NCBI GenBank assembly: GCA_049724395.1
Contig: JAUGWO010000065.1
Location: 1-64,000, forward strand
DNA from: Spongospora subterranea f. sp. subterranea
Lineage: Eukaryota
Direction: 5' to 3'
Length of the DNA: 64,000 bases
Of the stretch, positions 54,090 through 64,000 are shown in pieces. How positions within the stretch are numbered: the stretch's first letter is position 1; each line of letters opens with the position of its first letter. The position numbers and the translations under genes are program-made. Below the pieces are notes generated by a model, which was given only the letters and a program-made list of their open reading frames with translations, did no database searches and had not been told where the DNA came from.

Positions 54090-54908
54090 TGCAATTCCAT
54101 CAGACATTATGACAATAATACGTGCTACATCACGTCTGTGTTGAAATGTGTATATGCTTGTTTCAAGGCTTGCCCTGTACGGAGATTGATCGTTAAATTT
54201 GTGCAATTCTAACTCTCAACTCTATGTCACTCAGATGAATGCAATGCTGTTTTCTGGCTGCTATGAACCGTTTCTGAAGATGGTTGGTCATTTTCAGATC
54301 AGGTCCGAGTCTTCGTCAGATACGAACATTACTGGACTGCTCAAATCCGGTCTCAGTCAAGTTGTCGAGTTCGTGGTCCAAGACCGCAAACTTTTCCATT
54401 CAGGCCAGTTTGGTAATCCTGCCACCTTTTTGCAAGTGGATTATTACTCAAATTTCTGTACCTTCCTTCATGTAATATTGTCAACTGATTACTAACGCTT
54501 CGAATTGCGCCTGATTGTTTTTTTTTTTCAGCGATCTCTCTTCTGTGACGCTGGACATGAAAATAGTTACTCTGAAAGGAGTTTGCCTGTTATTGTATGT
54601 TGATTGGGAAGAGTCTTGTATTGGCGATTATTGATGAAATTGAAATCTTCAGGAGATTTCTGCGTTGGTGGCTGCGCAACCAGGTGACAATCTTCCCGAT
54701 ATTTTGAATCGGTGGTCAACAACCGGCATTGACGACTGGATGCCGAGGGGCTGCAATTGCTGCCACCCGAAAGTAATTCACTGCAGAACTAAAGTGAAGT
54801 TATCGAACAAGGTGCTAATCATTGAACTAGGTATGGATATTGTGAGTGAACAGCTCCGATGTCCTGAAACTATGAGTGTGGATGGTCGTGACTGGCAGTT
54901 GATGGGCC
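54090..54908 (+). pseudogene. USP/C19-like peptidase remnant truncated by the hAT insertion
   Basis: Cys-box-like DNNTCYITSVLKCVYA; later VLIIEL..CPETMSVDGRDWQLMG, which stops at the hAT TIR where the His box would be expected. Confidence 0.5.
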
Positions 54909-57533
54909 TAGGCCTCGGCAAGGTACGGTACGATACCTTTAGTACCCGGTATTTGAAAGTCCGTACCCCGTACTTTTTAAAGATAGGGTACGAGGTACGG
55001 GTACAGGGTACGGTACGGTACAGGGTACGGTACGGTACAGGCTCTGTACCGTACCCGTTATACCCGTACCTTTTCGGTTGTTAGGGGAAGGTACATTGTA
55101 GGGACTGCGTACCATACCCGTAACCCGTTATATGGAGCTGTCCCCTGTCCGTTACGGTCTTACGGAATAATTATTCTCGGAAGCTGACATGACATGCCCG
55201 TCAGTCCGTGATCCTGAATCACCGCGTCATTTGAGGTCTCGAGTGAAAATAGACCAGTTCGCCACGTAATGGAAGACCTCGAGTTTGAAGACCTGTCTGA
55301 GGAACCACTACTTACGACGGCTGGATCCCGAAAAAGGCACAAAGTCAGTTACGTCTGGGCTCACGTTAGGCAATATGACGCTGATCGTGACCGAAATTCA
55401 AATGCTGGCAAGTCCCAGTGCCGCTTCTGCTTGCATTGGTTTTCTGCGTCGATAAACGCGTCAGAATGGAAGCGTCATCTGCTGAATCATGGGATCAAGG
55501 ATCCTGCGTCGCAGTCGGACTCGAGCCACAACTCCTCTGGGTTGCGCCTATCCAAGCAGACCTTGCTCCCGTCGCCACCCAACCCGAAAGAAACTGCATT
55601 TTTGCATAACTCTGTGGTTGATTACGTCGTGACGTCTCTCTCGCCTCATAATGTGGTAGAATGTACCGCCTTTAAGAAGTTGATTTCGACGTTTCGCCCT
55701 GGCTATATTTTGCAATCAGCCAGGACGATTGGCAGACGCGTTTTGGAACTATACGTTATCACACTTCCCTTGATCGCTGCATTCTTACAAGACCTTCCTT
55801 TCAAATTTTCGTTATCGTTCGATGGCTGGACCAACGCCCATATGAAGGTAGTTTTTGTAAATATTGTCAATGTCCCAGATGTTTAGGTTGGGGTTTCTAC
55901 AGGGTTTTTACATCGTAACCATTCACTTCGTGGATCCAGCTATAGGAAAGCTTCGCTGCATGCTCCTCAACGTGTTTAGGCCGGACCCTGGCGATGGAGT
56001 TGGAAAACGGTTATCAATCATGCTGTTTGATTTTCTGTCCTCTTTGGGAGACAATGTTTTGCAGAAGGTCCGTGCCATTGTTACTGACAACGGTTCGGAC
56101 GCAATTGCTGCCGGAAATTATTTTGTCAACCTTTGCAAGGAACGATGCTCAGAGGACCCCAATTTCCAGCCTTGCTGGTTAATTCGCTGCGTCGATCACA
56201 GTATCCAGCTTGCTGTAAATGAGGCGCTTCGCTTCATCAATCAAATTAATGATAAGCTGCGGTGTATTCTTCCAGCGATTCGACATAGCAAGACGCGACG
56301 CGAGGCGTTTCGCAAAGAAGCTGCGTCAAGAAACCAAACATCGTTGGAACCTCCGTGCTTGGATTCGAAAACACGATGGGGATCGACCCACGAGATGTCG
56401 AGTCAGAGCTATGACAAGCGCAAGATAATTGACCACTGCGTCGAAGCCTTCGATGATTTACAAGATTATGCTATTTCAACGGAGGAGTGGCGGCGCATTG
56501 GACACGTCGCTAAATTTCTCAAACCCATTCGAGAAATTATGGAAGGCTTATCCGCAGAAACGAGTAGCACCATCTCCATGGTGCAAGATCAAATTGATTT
56601 TATATTCAACCATTGCGAGCAAGCAATTATCTCCAGTTTTGAGCCTGAGCTGATCAAACTTGCCGCACAGAGTATGGTGAACAAATTAGGTACCTACCGC
56701 AGCAAGCTGACTGGTGTTCACACCAAAATCGCTGAGTATTTGGATCCAAGGTTAGAGAAGCCTTATGATCCCGACGAAAGGAACGAATTGAAATCATTCA
56801 TTCGTCAGTAAGTCAATCTGACATGTGTTCATGTGCAACGAGCCGATTTATTACTTCACAGGATTCTGATCACCCAATATGGATTCCAATTGTCCCAAGA
56901 TGGTGTGGTTCTTGCAAATGCTTGCCCGGTCGAAGCTTCCGGGAGTGCTTTGCTGCTTCGTCGTCGTCGACTGACTCAAACACTTCCGATGCAAGACGAA
57001 GTGGACAAGTTTCTTAATGTATACGAAAATGAGGATGTTGATCTCATATCCTACTGGATTTGCCATGCAAAAGCTTACCCTTATTTGTTTCTCCTGGCAA
57101 TGGGTGTTCTTGCCATACCATCGTCATCTACCGCTGTGGAAAGAGCTAATTCTGAGGCAGGGCGAGAGTATTCAGATTACAGAATGTCACTGTCACCAAA
57201 CATGTTTACAGCATCCATGTGTGTCCGATCATGGATGAACAACGGATTGGAGCCTCCCAAAGACCGACATTCAGCCGCTAAAGCACTGTCCTCAGACTTC
57301 AGTGACCGGCTCTTAGATCTTCAAGTTCAAGAAGATGTCCAAGAAATCGTGATAGAAGGTCACGTGCTACCTGCAGGTCTGTTGAAAGGTACAGGTACGG
57401 GTACAGCCATGAAGTGTATCGTACCCGGTACCGTACCCGGTACGATTTAAATAGCCTAAATGGTACCGGTATAGGTATTGGATGGGGTAAAATACCGTAC
57501 CCAATACCTCGTACCATATCTTGCCGAGGCCTA
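54909..57533 (+). mobile_element. hAT DNA transposon, apparently full length
   Basis: TIRs TAGGCCTCGGCAAG(G/A)TA at 54909 and in reverse complement ending at 57533; GTAC-rich subterminal repeats at both ends; flanking 8-mers differ (GATGGGCC and CCTGCAGG). Confidence 0.92.
55269..57450 (+). CDS. hAT transposase, 3 exons (55269-55847, 55903-56807, 56862-57450), 690 aa by this splice model, frame intact
   Basis: BED finger VWAHV..CRFC..WKRHLLNH; SFDGWT; VTDNGSD; CVDH; TRWGST; YLDPR; dimerisation domain YW....YPYL..LAMGVLAIPSSSTAVERANS. Confidence 0.92.
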
Positions 57534-57844
57534 CCTGCAGGTAGCACGTGACCTTCTTCTATCACGATTTCTTGGACATCTTCTTGAACTTGAAGATCTA
57601 AGAGCCGGACCTGTCAGACGGGGGAAAGAATGTTGGCCACATCAGATTAGGCAAGGAAGGAGAACGGGTGACGCAAGACATGCAGTTCGCCAGTGATTCT
57701 GGAATTATTGTTCAGAAAGGAATTCGCCGAATTCTTACCGAAAGGTGTGTATGGTCTAGCACTGGGATAAGCCCGAAGGAAAGCGCGCTTGCTGCTTTCT
57801 TCTCAACTTGACTTCACAATGCAACAACAGTGGTCAGAAGAGAC

Positions 57845-58155
57845 TGTATCATGCGGAAAAGGTTTAATTATCTTCTATCTTTCATCCCGAGTTCAATTGG
57901 ATTGAAATGTTTTGGGGTGCAACTAAGCGATACACGCGCAAACACCTCACCTATTCCTTGCCCGGAAGTCCTTTTGTTATATGGATGCTTACCGAGAGAA
58001 AAACACCAATCGGAACGATCTTCTCCAAGTCCTTGAAGGAATAGGTGTAGTGTTTGCGCGTGTATCGCTTAGTTGCCCCCCAAAACCTTTCGATCCAGTT
58101 AAACTCGGGATGAAACTTCGGATAGAAGATAATTAAACCTTTTTCGCTTGATATT
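57845..58155. repeat. Fold-back of an IS630/Tc1-like transposase C-terminal fragment (arms ~57845-57960 and ~58033-58155)
   Basis: [26 protein letters not shown] on the plus strand and a diverged copy on the minus strand. Confidence 0.85.
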
Positions 58156-58304
58156 CTCCCTAAACCTATAATCGACAGTGATATAACTGATCCACCTGGA
58201 TTTAGCCCTGCTCCATAGCCAAAAGCTACCTAGGTGGAGATATTGTGTACTGGGTTCAAGTCCCAGTACTGTACAATCATGGTGTGTGCTGAGAAACTGC
58301 TGGC

Positions 58305-58547
58305 AAAGATCTCGCCACTGATCGGGAGCAATGACTTTATCCACTGGAAACGACGGAAAGTAAATAGTTCCAAGCCTTGTTTGTCGTCTTCTTTTCAAGT
58401 GCCCCATCTATGTAGCCGGATCCAACACTGACAAGCTACATAAATGGAACACTTGAAAAGGAGACGACAAGCAAGGCTTGGACTATTTACTTTCCGTCGT
58501 TTCCAGTGGATAAAGTCATTGCTCCCGTTCAGTGGCGGGATATTTGC
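58305..58547. repeat. Fold-back, arms ~58305-58416 and ~58434-58547, spacer under 20 bp
   Basis: GGGAGCAATGACTTTATCCACTGGAAACGACGGAAAGTAAATAGT and its reverse complement, with scattered mismatches elsewhere in the arms. Confidence 0.88.
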
Positions 58548-58699
58548 TTGGATTTCAGTCGTCGGCACGATATCCGATTAAAAGCGTCCGAAATGATATC
58601 CGAGCTTTTTGGAAAAAGGCTCGGCAACGAATCTATCATCGATTTTTATTGACAGAAAGAAGCAGCTGTATCTAAACCTGAATATGTCTTCGACTATCC

Positions 58700-59160
58700 G
58701 GTGAATTCAAATCACGTCTTCGTGATTCAAACTGTCACGTCAAGTTTTCGGACGCTATCGTCCTTGAACTTTTCCCTGATGCCATTCTTATTAGGTTTTC
58801 AAATGAGAGTGCACCAATTCGACGCATGTGTACAATGGCATTATTTTGAACGATCGCGGCAAATAAAGCACAGATTTGAGAAAAATTGTTAGCAATTCTG
58901 GAGTGATCATCGACCTCACACCCTCGACAGCAAGCGCGTCAAAGTTGATCGTATCATCGCCACATCTTTTGCTCATTTCACTTGGGTGCATTCACAGGGT
59001 CGCTTAATGGTACTCGACATACAAGGTGCCGCTGGCCACTTCACTGATCCCGAGATTGCAATGAGAGACGACAGCAGCCATGTGCTCGGGATGGGCAATG
59101 TTGGCGAGGATTCGATGCAACAGTTTTTTCGAATAACATGAGTGCATCTTTTCAGGTCAA
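58700..59160 (+). pseudogene. Alpha-kinase (eEF2K/MHCK family) pseudogene, absent from the ORF track
   Basis: RFEK/VSNSG, then TSFAHFTWVHSQGRLMVLDIQGAAGHFTDPEIA....LGMGNVGEDSMQQFF/HEC; frameshifted. Confidence 0.85.
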
Positions 59161-59703
59161 GTACATGGAATCGATACGCAACGTCCAAGTTCTGTTGGGA
59201 ATTCAGCAGCGGTAACAATCATCGATGGCATTCCATTACCTGGCATCGAATCTGAGCGTCCACATTCTGTTCCTACTTCTGTACTTAGACTCGATGAGTT
59301 GTCATCTAAACCTGCCAGGTCGATGTATCAAGTGACGACATGAATGAATCCCCCGCTAATCCCAGTGCCGAGTCCTTAAACCGGGCGAGCAAACCACAGA
59401 TTGGAGCTTGCGCTTTGGTCAATCGCGTTACTCGCTCGAATAAGCGAAAGCTCCAATCTGTGGTTCGCTCAGATCAAGTTTCAACCCGCCTGGGGACTTG
59501 GCATCGGGATTAACCATTGCACCATCCACAAAATTCCAGCCGTCATTATTTTTTATTTTCGTTTCAGATACATTCTTCGAAATGCATTGGCATTATATCT
59601 TTCCTGCGGGTTCTTCTCTCGCGTTGACCCCTGAAGATGCACTGCAGTGCCCCTAGGAGAGGCGGTGGTGGTGGAGGAGTCCGGGAGTGATGGGCTCCGT
59701 GAC

Positions 59704-59903
59704 CCTATCCACACCAAACCTCTCTATCCACACCAAACCTCCCTATCCAGACCAAACCTCCCTATCCACACCAAACCTCTCTATCCACACCAAACCTCCC
59801 TATCCAGACCAAACCTCCCTATCCACACCAAACCTCTCTATCCACACCAAACCTCCCTATCCAGACCAAACCTCTCTATCCAGACCAAACCTCCCTATCC
59901 ACA
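59704..59903. repeat. 19-bp minisatellite CTATCCA(C/G)ACCAAACCTC(C/T), ~10 copies, with a 57-bp higher-order period
   Basis: Direct read; variants cycle in threes. Confidence 0.95.
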
Positions 59904-60065
59904 CGATATAATCCATGCTAAGGAAGACCATCGGACGGCTCAGCGCATATCATAGAGCCAGAGCCATATCGGAAGAGGATCCCGCACTGAATAAATATAT
60001 CTATATGTAATCACATCAAACGGATCAAGCGCCACCAAACCTGCCTGCCCGTAATCGACGCCAAA

Positions 60066-62160
60066 ATGGAGGATGAAGAGAGGGTGTTCCACTTCGGATC
60101 ATCATCATCAAATTTGTCGCTGGATAATCCCGATGACGACAATTTTAAGGCTCATTCCAGGCGAAAAGCTATACGACGTCGCATGCTCATGGATTGCCTT
60201 CGAGCGATACCGATGCAGATGTGCGCCACTGTTTTCCAATTGTTTCTGTTCAGCTCGGTTATTTTCGCAATATGGGTCTCTTGGTATCTGAAACAATTCT
60301 GAATCTTGAGTTATTGTATAACGATTGCTGTGTATTAGGGCATTCATCTTTCAAGATGCGATCCATTTCCCAGAATTGGTCGATGTAGAATCATGGGGCC
60401 CACAACAGCGTACGCAAAGTCTAGCAGCGTACTCAGAACTGTCGTCAATGCTTGTGCAAACAATACTGTTTGGTACTGACGATGAAGTCATGAAAGATTT
60501 GGCTAATGAGTGTTTGCAAGGTGTTTTTTTAAATAGTAATTTGTTCGTACCATTCTCTATTCGTCTCGTTAACGCTTTTCCAGGTGGATTAGGTATTTTC
60601 TCACTTGAAAGGCTAAAATTAAGGCCCCAAAAAGACAAGGGTCAATATGACCAAACTGAGTTAATGGCATCGTCTCCCATTGTATGAACTGGGGGCATTA
60701 TCAGGTTTTACTCCCGTCAGCTAATCAGGTTTTCTATAGGTGTTTGTCATGCAAGAAACTAGCAACTCCACCTTTACTGTTAAAGCGCATTGGGACAATA
60801 AGCATGGAAGTATAAAGGGAATTTTGATAAAACGCGTCCCGTTCAAGATAAAGATTGAAAACCCATTGCCGATCTTGCTCACGGTAGATGTGCATCTTCC
60901 CACGCCTGAACAAGATATCTACGCTTTTGCGTTATCATTTTTTGACGTTTTTTTCTATACTTTCTGGCACCGGCTTGTTTTTTATTTCCCATTGAATCAC
61001 TACAAGCGCCGATTTTCACCTATCACCAAACCTGGTGTCTTAGAAGCAGAATTTGAAAAATTTGAGCGCCGGTTGCTGGCGGAAGAAACCTTTCAGCGTA
61101 GCATGAACGGCTACGTTGGTCGAAGTTCACCCGATCAACGACGATATTCTGACATCTTTACGTCAACATTGCAACATCTTGAATCGGATACCGATTATTG
61201 TTTTGCAAACAGTAACAATTTGTCAGATTGCATCATACTGTGTGGTGTTAATTATATTCTCAGCTCCGAAACAATTCGAAAGAAGGCAGAAAGAACCCAA
61301 ACTGAGACTCCAGGTTCCCCTCCAGATAGGGCAGTTAACGGAAGCAGAACAAATATCCGGTTTGCGTTTGTGGCGCCAATATCTGAAAGGAGTCTTATTT
61401 ACTTTCGCTTTGAATCGTGGACACCAGAAGGATTTCATTGAATCAATTACGGATCTTTGCCAATCGTAAAATATGTAACTGTTCCTTGGTGGGTGTTCGC
61501 GCTGAAATTACTATGTAATAGGTGGTTGAAGACACTTGGACTCGACCTACAGATTATTCGTTTCGATCTTGGCATGGATACGTTCGACGATGCCCCCGAC
61601 ATCATAATGTCAGATGTGCAAAGTATATATCCTTATACCTACCTTATCACCAGCGAGTTGAAGCTGCCTCGATTTTTTCTCCAATTTTCAGTTAGTAGTT
61701 TCTGGAAAACATCTTCACTTTGTATCAGCGTTAGTAGCATGCCTGTTTTTTGTTCCAGTTCACTGTTGAGTCGATTTAGGTCTCCAATCTTCGGATGAGC
61801 TTCAATGCAAACATCCGAACCCTTCATCCGTTGTTCGTCAGTCGATCATATTTGACTATGACCTTCATCGATAAACCGATCCTTGACTTTGATTGCAATA
61901 TTTATGGAAATCAGTCGAAATTTTTCGGTGTTAATATTCCAGAAACAATATTCGGTTGGAAGGTCCAACAGGCAATGACAAATTTCATAAGGTTATATTA
62001 TCGCTTTGAAAACCGGAAAATATCATAATATCTGGATTAGTGCTTATGCGTTGAAATCGTTCTTTCTAAAATGGTCGGAGGGATTAATGCAGACAATGAC
62101 GTTTCCTAGCCAAGTTCATATTCCATGGTACGAGAGGCCATCTGAATTTATATTCTCAAG
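60066..62160 (+). CDS. Multi-exon gene of unknown function with one N-terminal hydrophobic segment
   Basis: Successive + ORFs 60066, 60325, 60740 and 61795 separated by short GT-AG introns; no recognised motif; 3' end uncertain. Confidence 0.5.
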
Positions 62161-63089
62161 TGATATTGCAGAGGTATGAGAGTTTTGTGATAATGTACGG
62201 TTTTGTTGTTGACACCTCTCTTTGTTTTATAGACGTTTTTCAGGAATATACGGTATTTGTTTTCTGTGCAATTGGTCAAAAGCGATAATCATGATTTATG
62301 ATAAACAACTATTGATGGGGTTCTCCAAATAGGGTATGGTCGTGAATTGTAATTTCCTTTAAACAAGACGAATCGATCAATTGCGTTTCAGTACAGATAA
62401 CAATTTCTCTTGCAGGTGGTTATGTCTCACCTCTAGAGACCTCTTCGATTCCACTTAGATACCTCACCGCATTACTCAATTTCACACCTGATTACATACT
62501 CGATCCCATAAGAGAGAGAGAGAGTAGAGGTCTTGCGAAATGTCTGTGCAACTATGTGTTTCTGACGGTCATTGTGCCGAAAACGACCATGAAACCTACG
62601 TTGATAAGCAAAATGAGGGATATATAACAGCCAAGCTTCGAGTATAAAGCGAGATATGGACTCATTCTCGCTGCGAGGATTCATTGGTTATGGACTAATA
62701 ACAGGTTTAAGTTGATTAAAGAAAGGAGCACCATATGTATAAACGTAGTTAATTCTGGACCATTCACATTCAATGCGATTTACAACCCTTGCACTTGCGG
62801 GTACGATAACGCAAAAATATCCTCTTTCAAATCCGAGCGATTTCGATTTACTTACAAATCAATTCTTTACGAAGCCAGCTTTTTTTTTCTCATTGTTTCA
62901 ACACGGACGGAAGTGCCGAAGACCGATTCAAAATAAATCTAAATCACAGCCGCCACGATCGTCGTGCAAATGGAATGCGATGTACAAAGCACGGCACCAT
63001 GATATATTTTTAATTCGACCGCTAATCGGTCTGAACTTTGGAGCAAATGGGCGTGTACTCGGCCTCCGTCGTTGATAGCGCAACGCTTG

Positions 63090-64000
63090 TTTCACTTGAC
63101 ATCGTCGCCGAGGTTCATGTAAACTGGTGATACTTGTTCTCCGATATGACTTTCAGCTTCCCATGATATTGTTTCGGAGCCCAAGTAATATATGAGTCCA
63201 GTCGTCGACCTTCGATCCATGGTGGTCGAAAGGTGACGTTTGATGAGGAAAACTGTCAACGGATTGACGAGAACGGTCAACTAATCATTGAGGGTGAGTT
63301 AGACGTCTACCCACTTGACGAAGACTCGTGTGGGGAGATTGCCAAGATCTCGATCACCACAACAGACAATGATATCATGTTATGGCACGATCGCTTTGGA
63401 CATCGCGACATTCAGGATATCAGATTGATGATGAAAGCCGATGGAAAAGACTGCAGTGACACCTGTTCTGCCGAATTCTGCGAACCATGTGCCATTGGAA
63501 AGGCGAAAAGAAAATCTTTTCCGAAAACGCGAAAACCCAAAATACAGGAAATATGTCCCGCCGAAAGAATTAGCAACCCGTTTTAAGTTCATCAAGTTAT
63601 TGAAGTCACTGTATGGGTTGACACAAGCGCCAAACGTGTGGCATAATTTCATAGAGAATTTTATTTGCAACAAATTATTGTTCACCAAAGTCAAGTCAGC
63701 GTCCTGTCTGTACGTCAAGAGATGTGGTGACCAGTTCGTTATAATGCCCCTGTATGTTGATGATCTGGTCTTCATTGGTCACAGAAGGTTGATTGATTAG
63801 ACAAAGGCCGAGCTGTTCAAGGAATTCACAATGAAAGGTCTGGGTCCTGTACAGCAATATTTAGGAATTCAGGTCTATGTTAAGGACAAACAGGTTTTCC
63901 TTACTCAAGAGATGTACATTGAAAACATTTTGAAATCTTGTGATATGGAACACTGCAAACCACAAGCCACACCAGCTGTTATAGGGCTTGTATTAAGTAA
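63090..64000 (+). mobile_element. Rearranged Ty1/Copia remnant running off the end of the window
   Basis: Pre-integrase LWHDRFGH..FCEPCAIGKAKRKSF fused directly to RT KLLKSLYGLTQAPNVW..CLY..LYVDDL..FTMKGLG..YLGIQV, with the integrase missing. RNase H piece DRRSTTGLIYYLGSETISW on the minus strand just upstream. Confidence 0.88.

Noticed and set aside
59647..59955. Repetitive Pro/His-rich ORFs
   Set aside because: Translations of the 19-bp minisatellite, open in several frames.

Overview
Eukaryotic, intron-containing genomic DNA with short (about 50-60 bp) GT-AG introns, tight gene packing and mid-40s GC. The gene repertoire and intron style suggest a plasmodiophorid/rhizarian protist such as Spongospora; this is an inference and was not verified. 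Host genes supported by motifs: DPP3, HAUS2-like, USP4/11/15-like, a 7TM/GPCR-like protein, a repeat-module protein, anoctamin, a zf-4CXXC_R1 protein, GFAT, DUF2196-RanBP2, FAM210/DUF1279, F-BAR, RPB5, BUD23, DNAJC9-like, CDIN1/C15orf41, a tandem-PX protein, a secreted protein and a PP7-type phosphatase. Gene blocks alternate with transposon graveyards (about 2-11.7 kb, 20-24 kb, 52.4-59.9 kb, 62.5-64 kb) holding Crypton, IS630/Tc1-like, Copia, LINE, Harbinger and Gypsy remnants and one apparently intact hAT. Most unusual observations: (1) at least seven short inverted duplications (fold-backs) of unrelated TE/pseudogene fragments, found only in the graveyards; (2) a hAT end joined to an inverted copy of its own interior at an 8-bp site; (3) a sharply bounded ~10 kb GC/CpG-rich gene island bracketed by (GT)n and (AC)n; (4) two proteins built from repeated modules I cannot name. 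Single-base homopolymer frameshifts, including one in GFAT, indicate residual sequencing errors. Exon boundaries were read by eye and are approximate unless stated.
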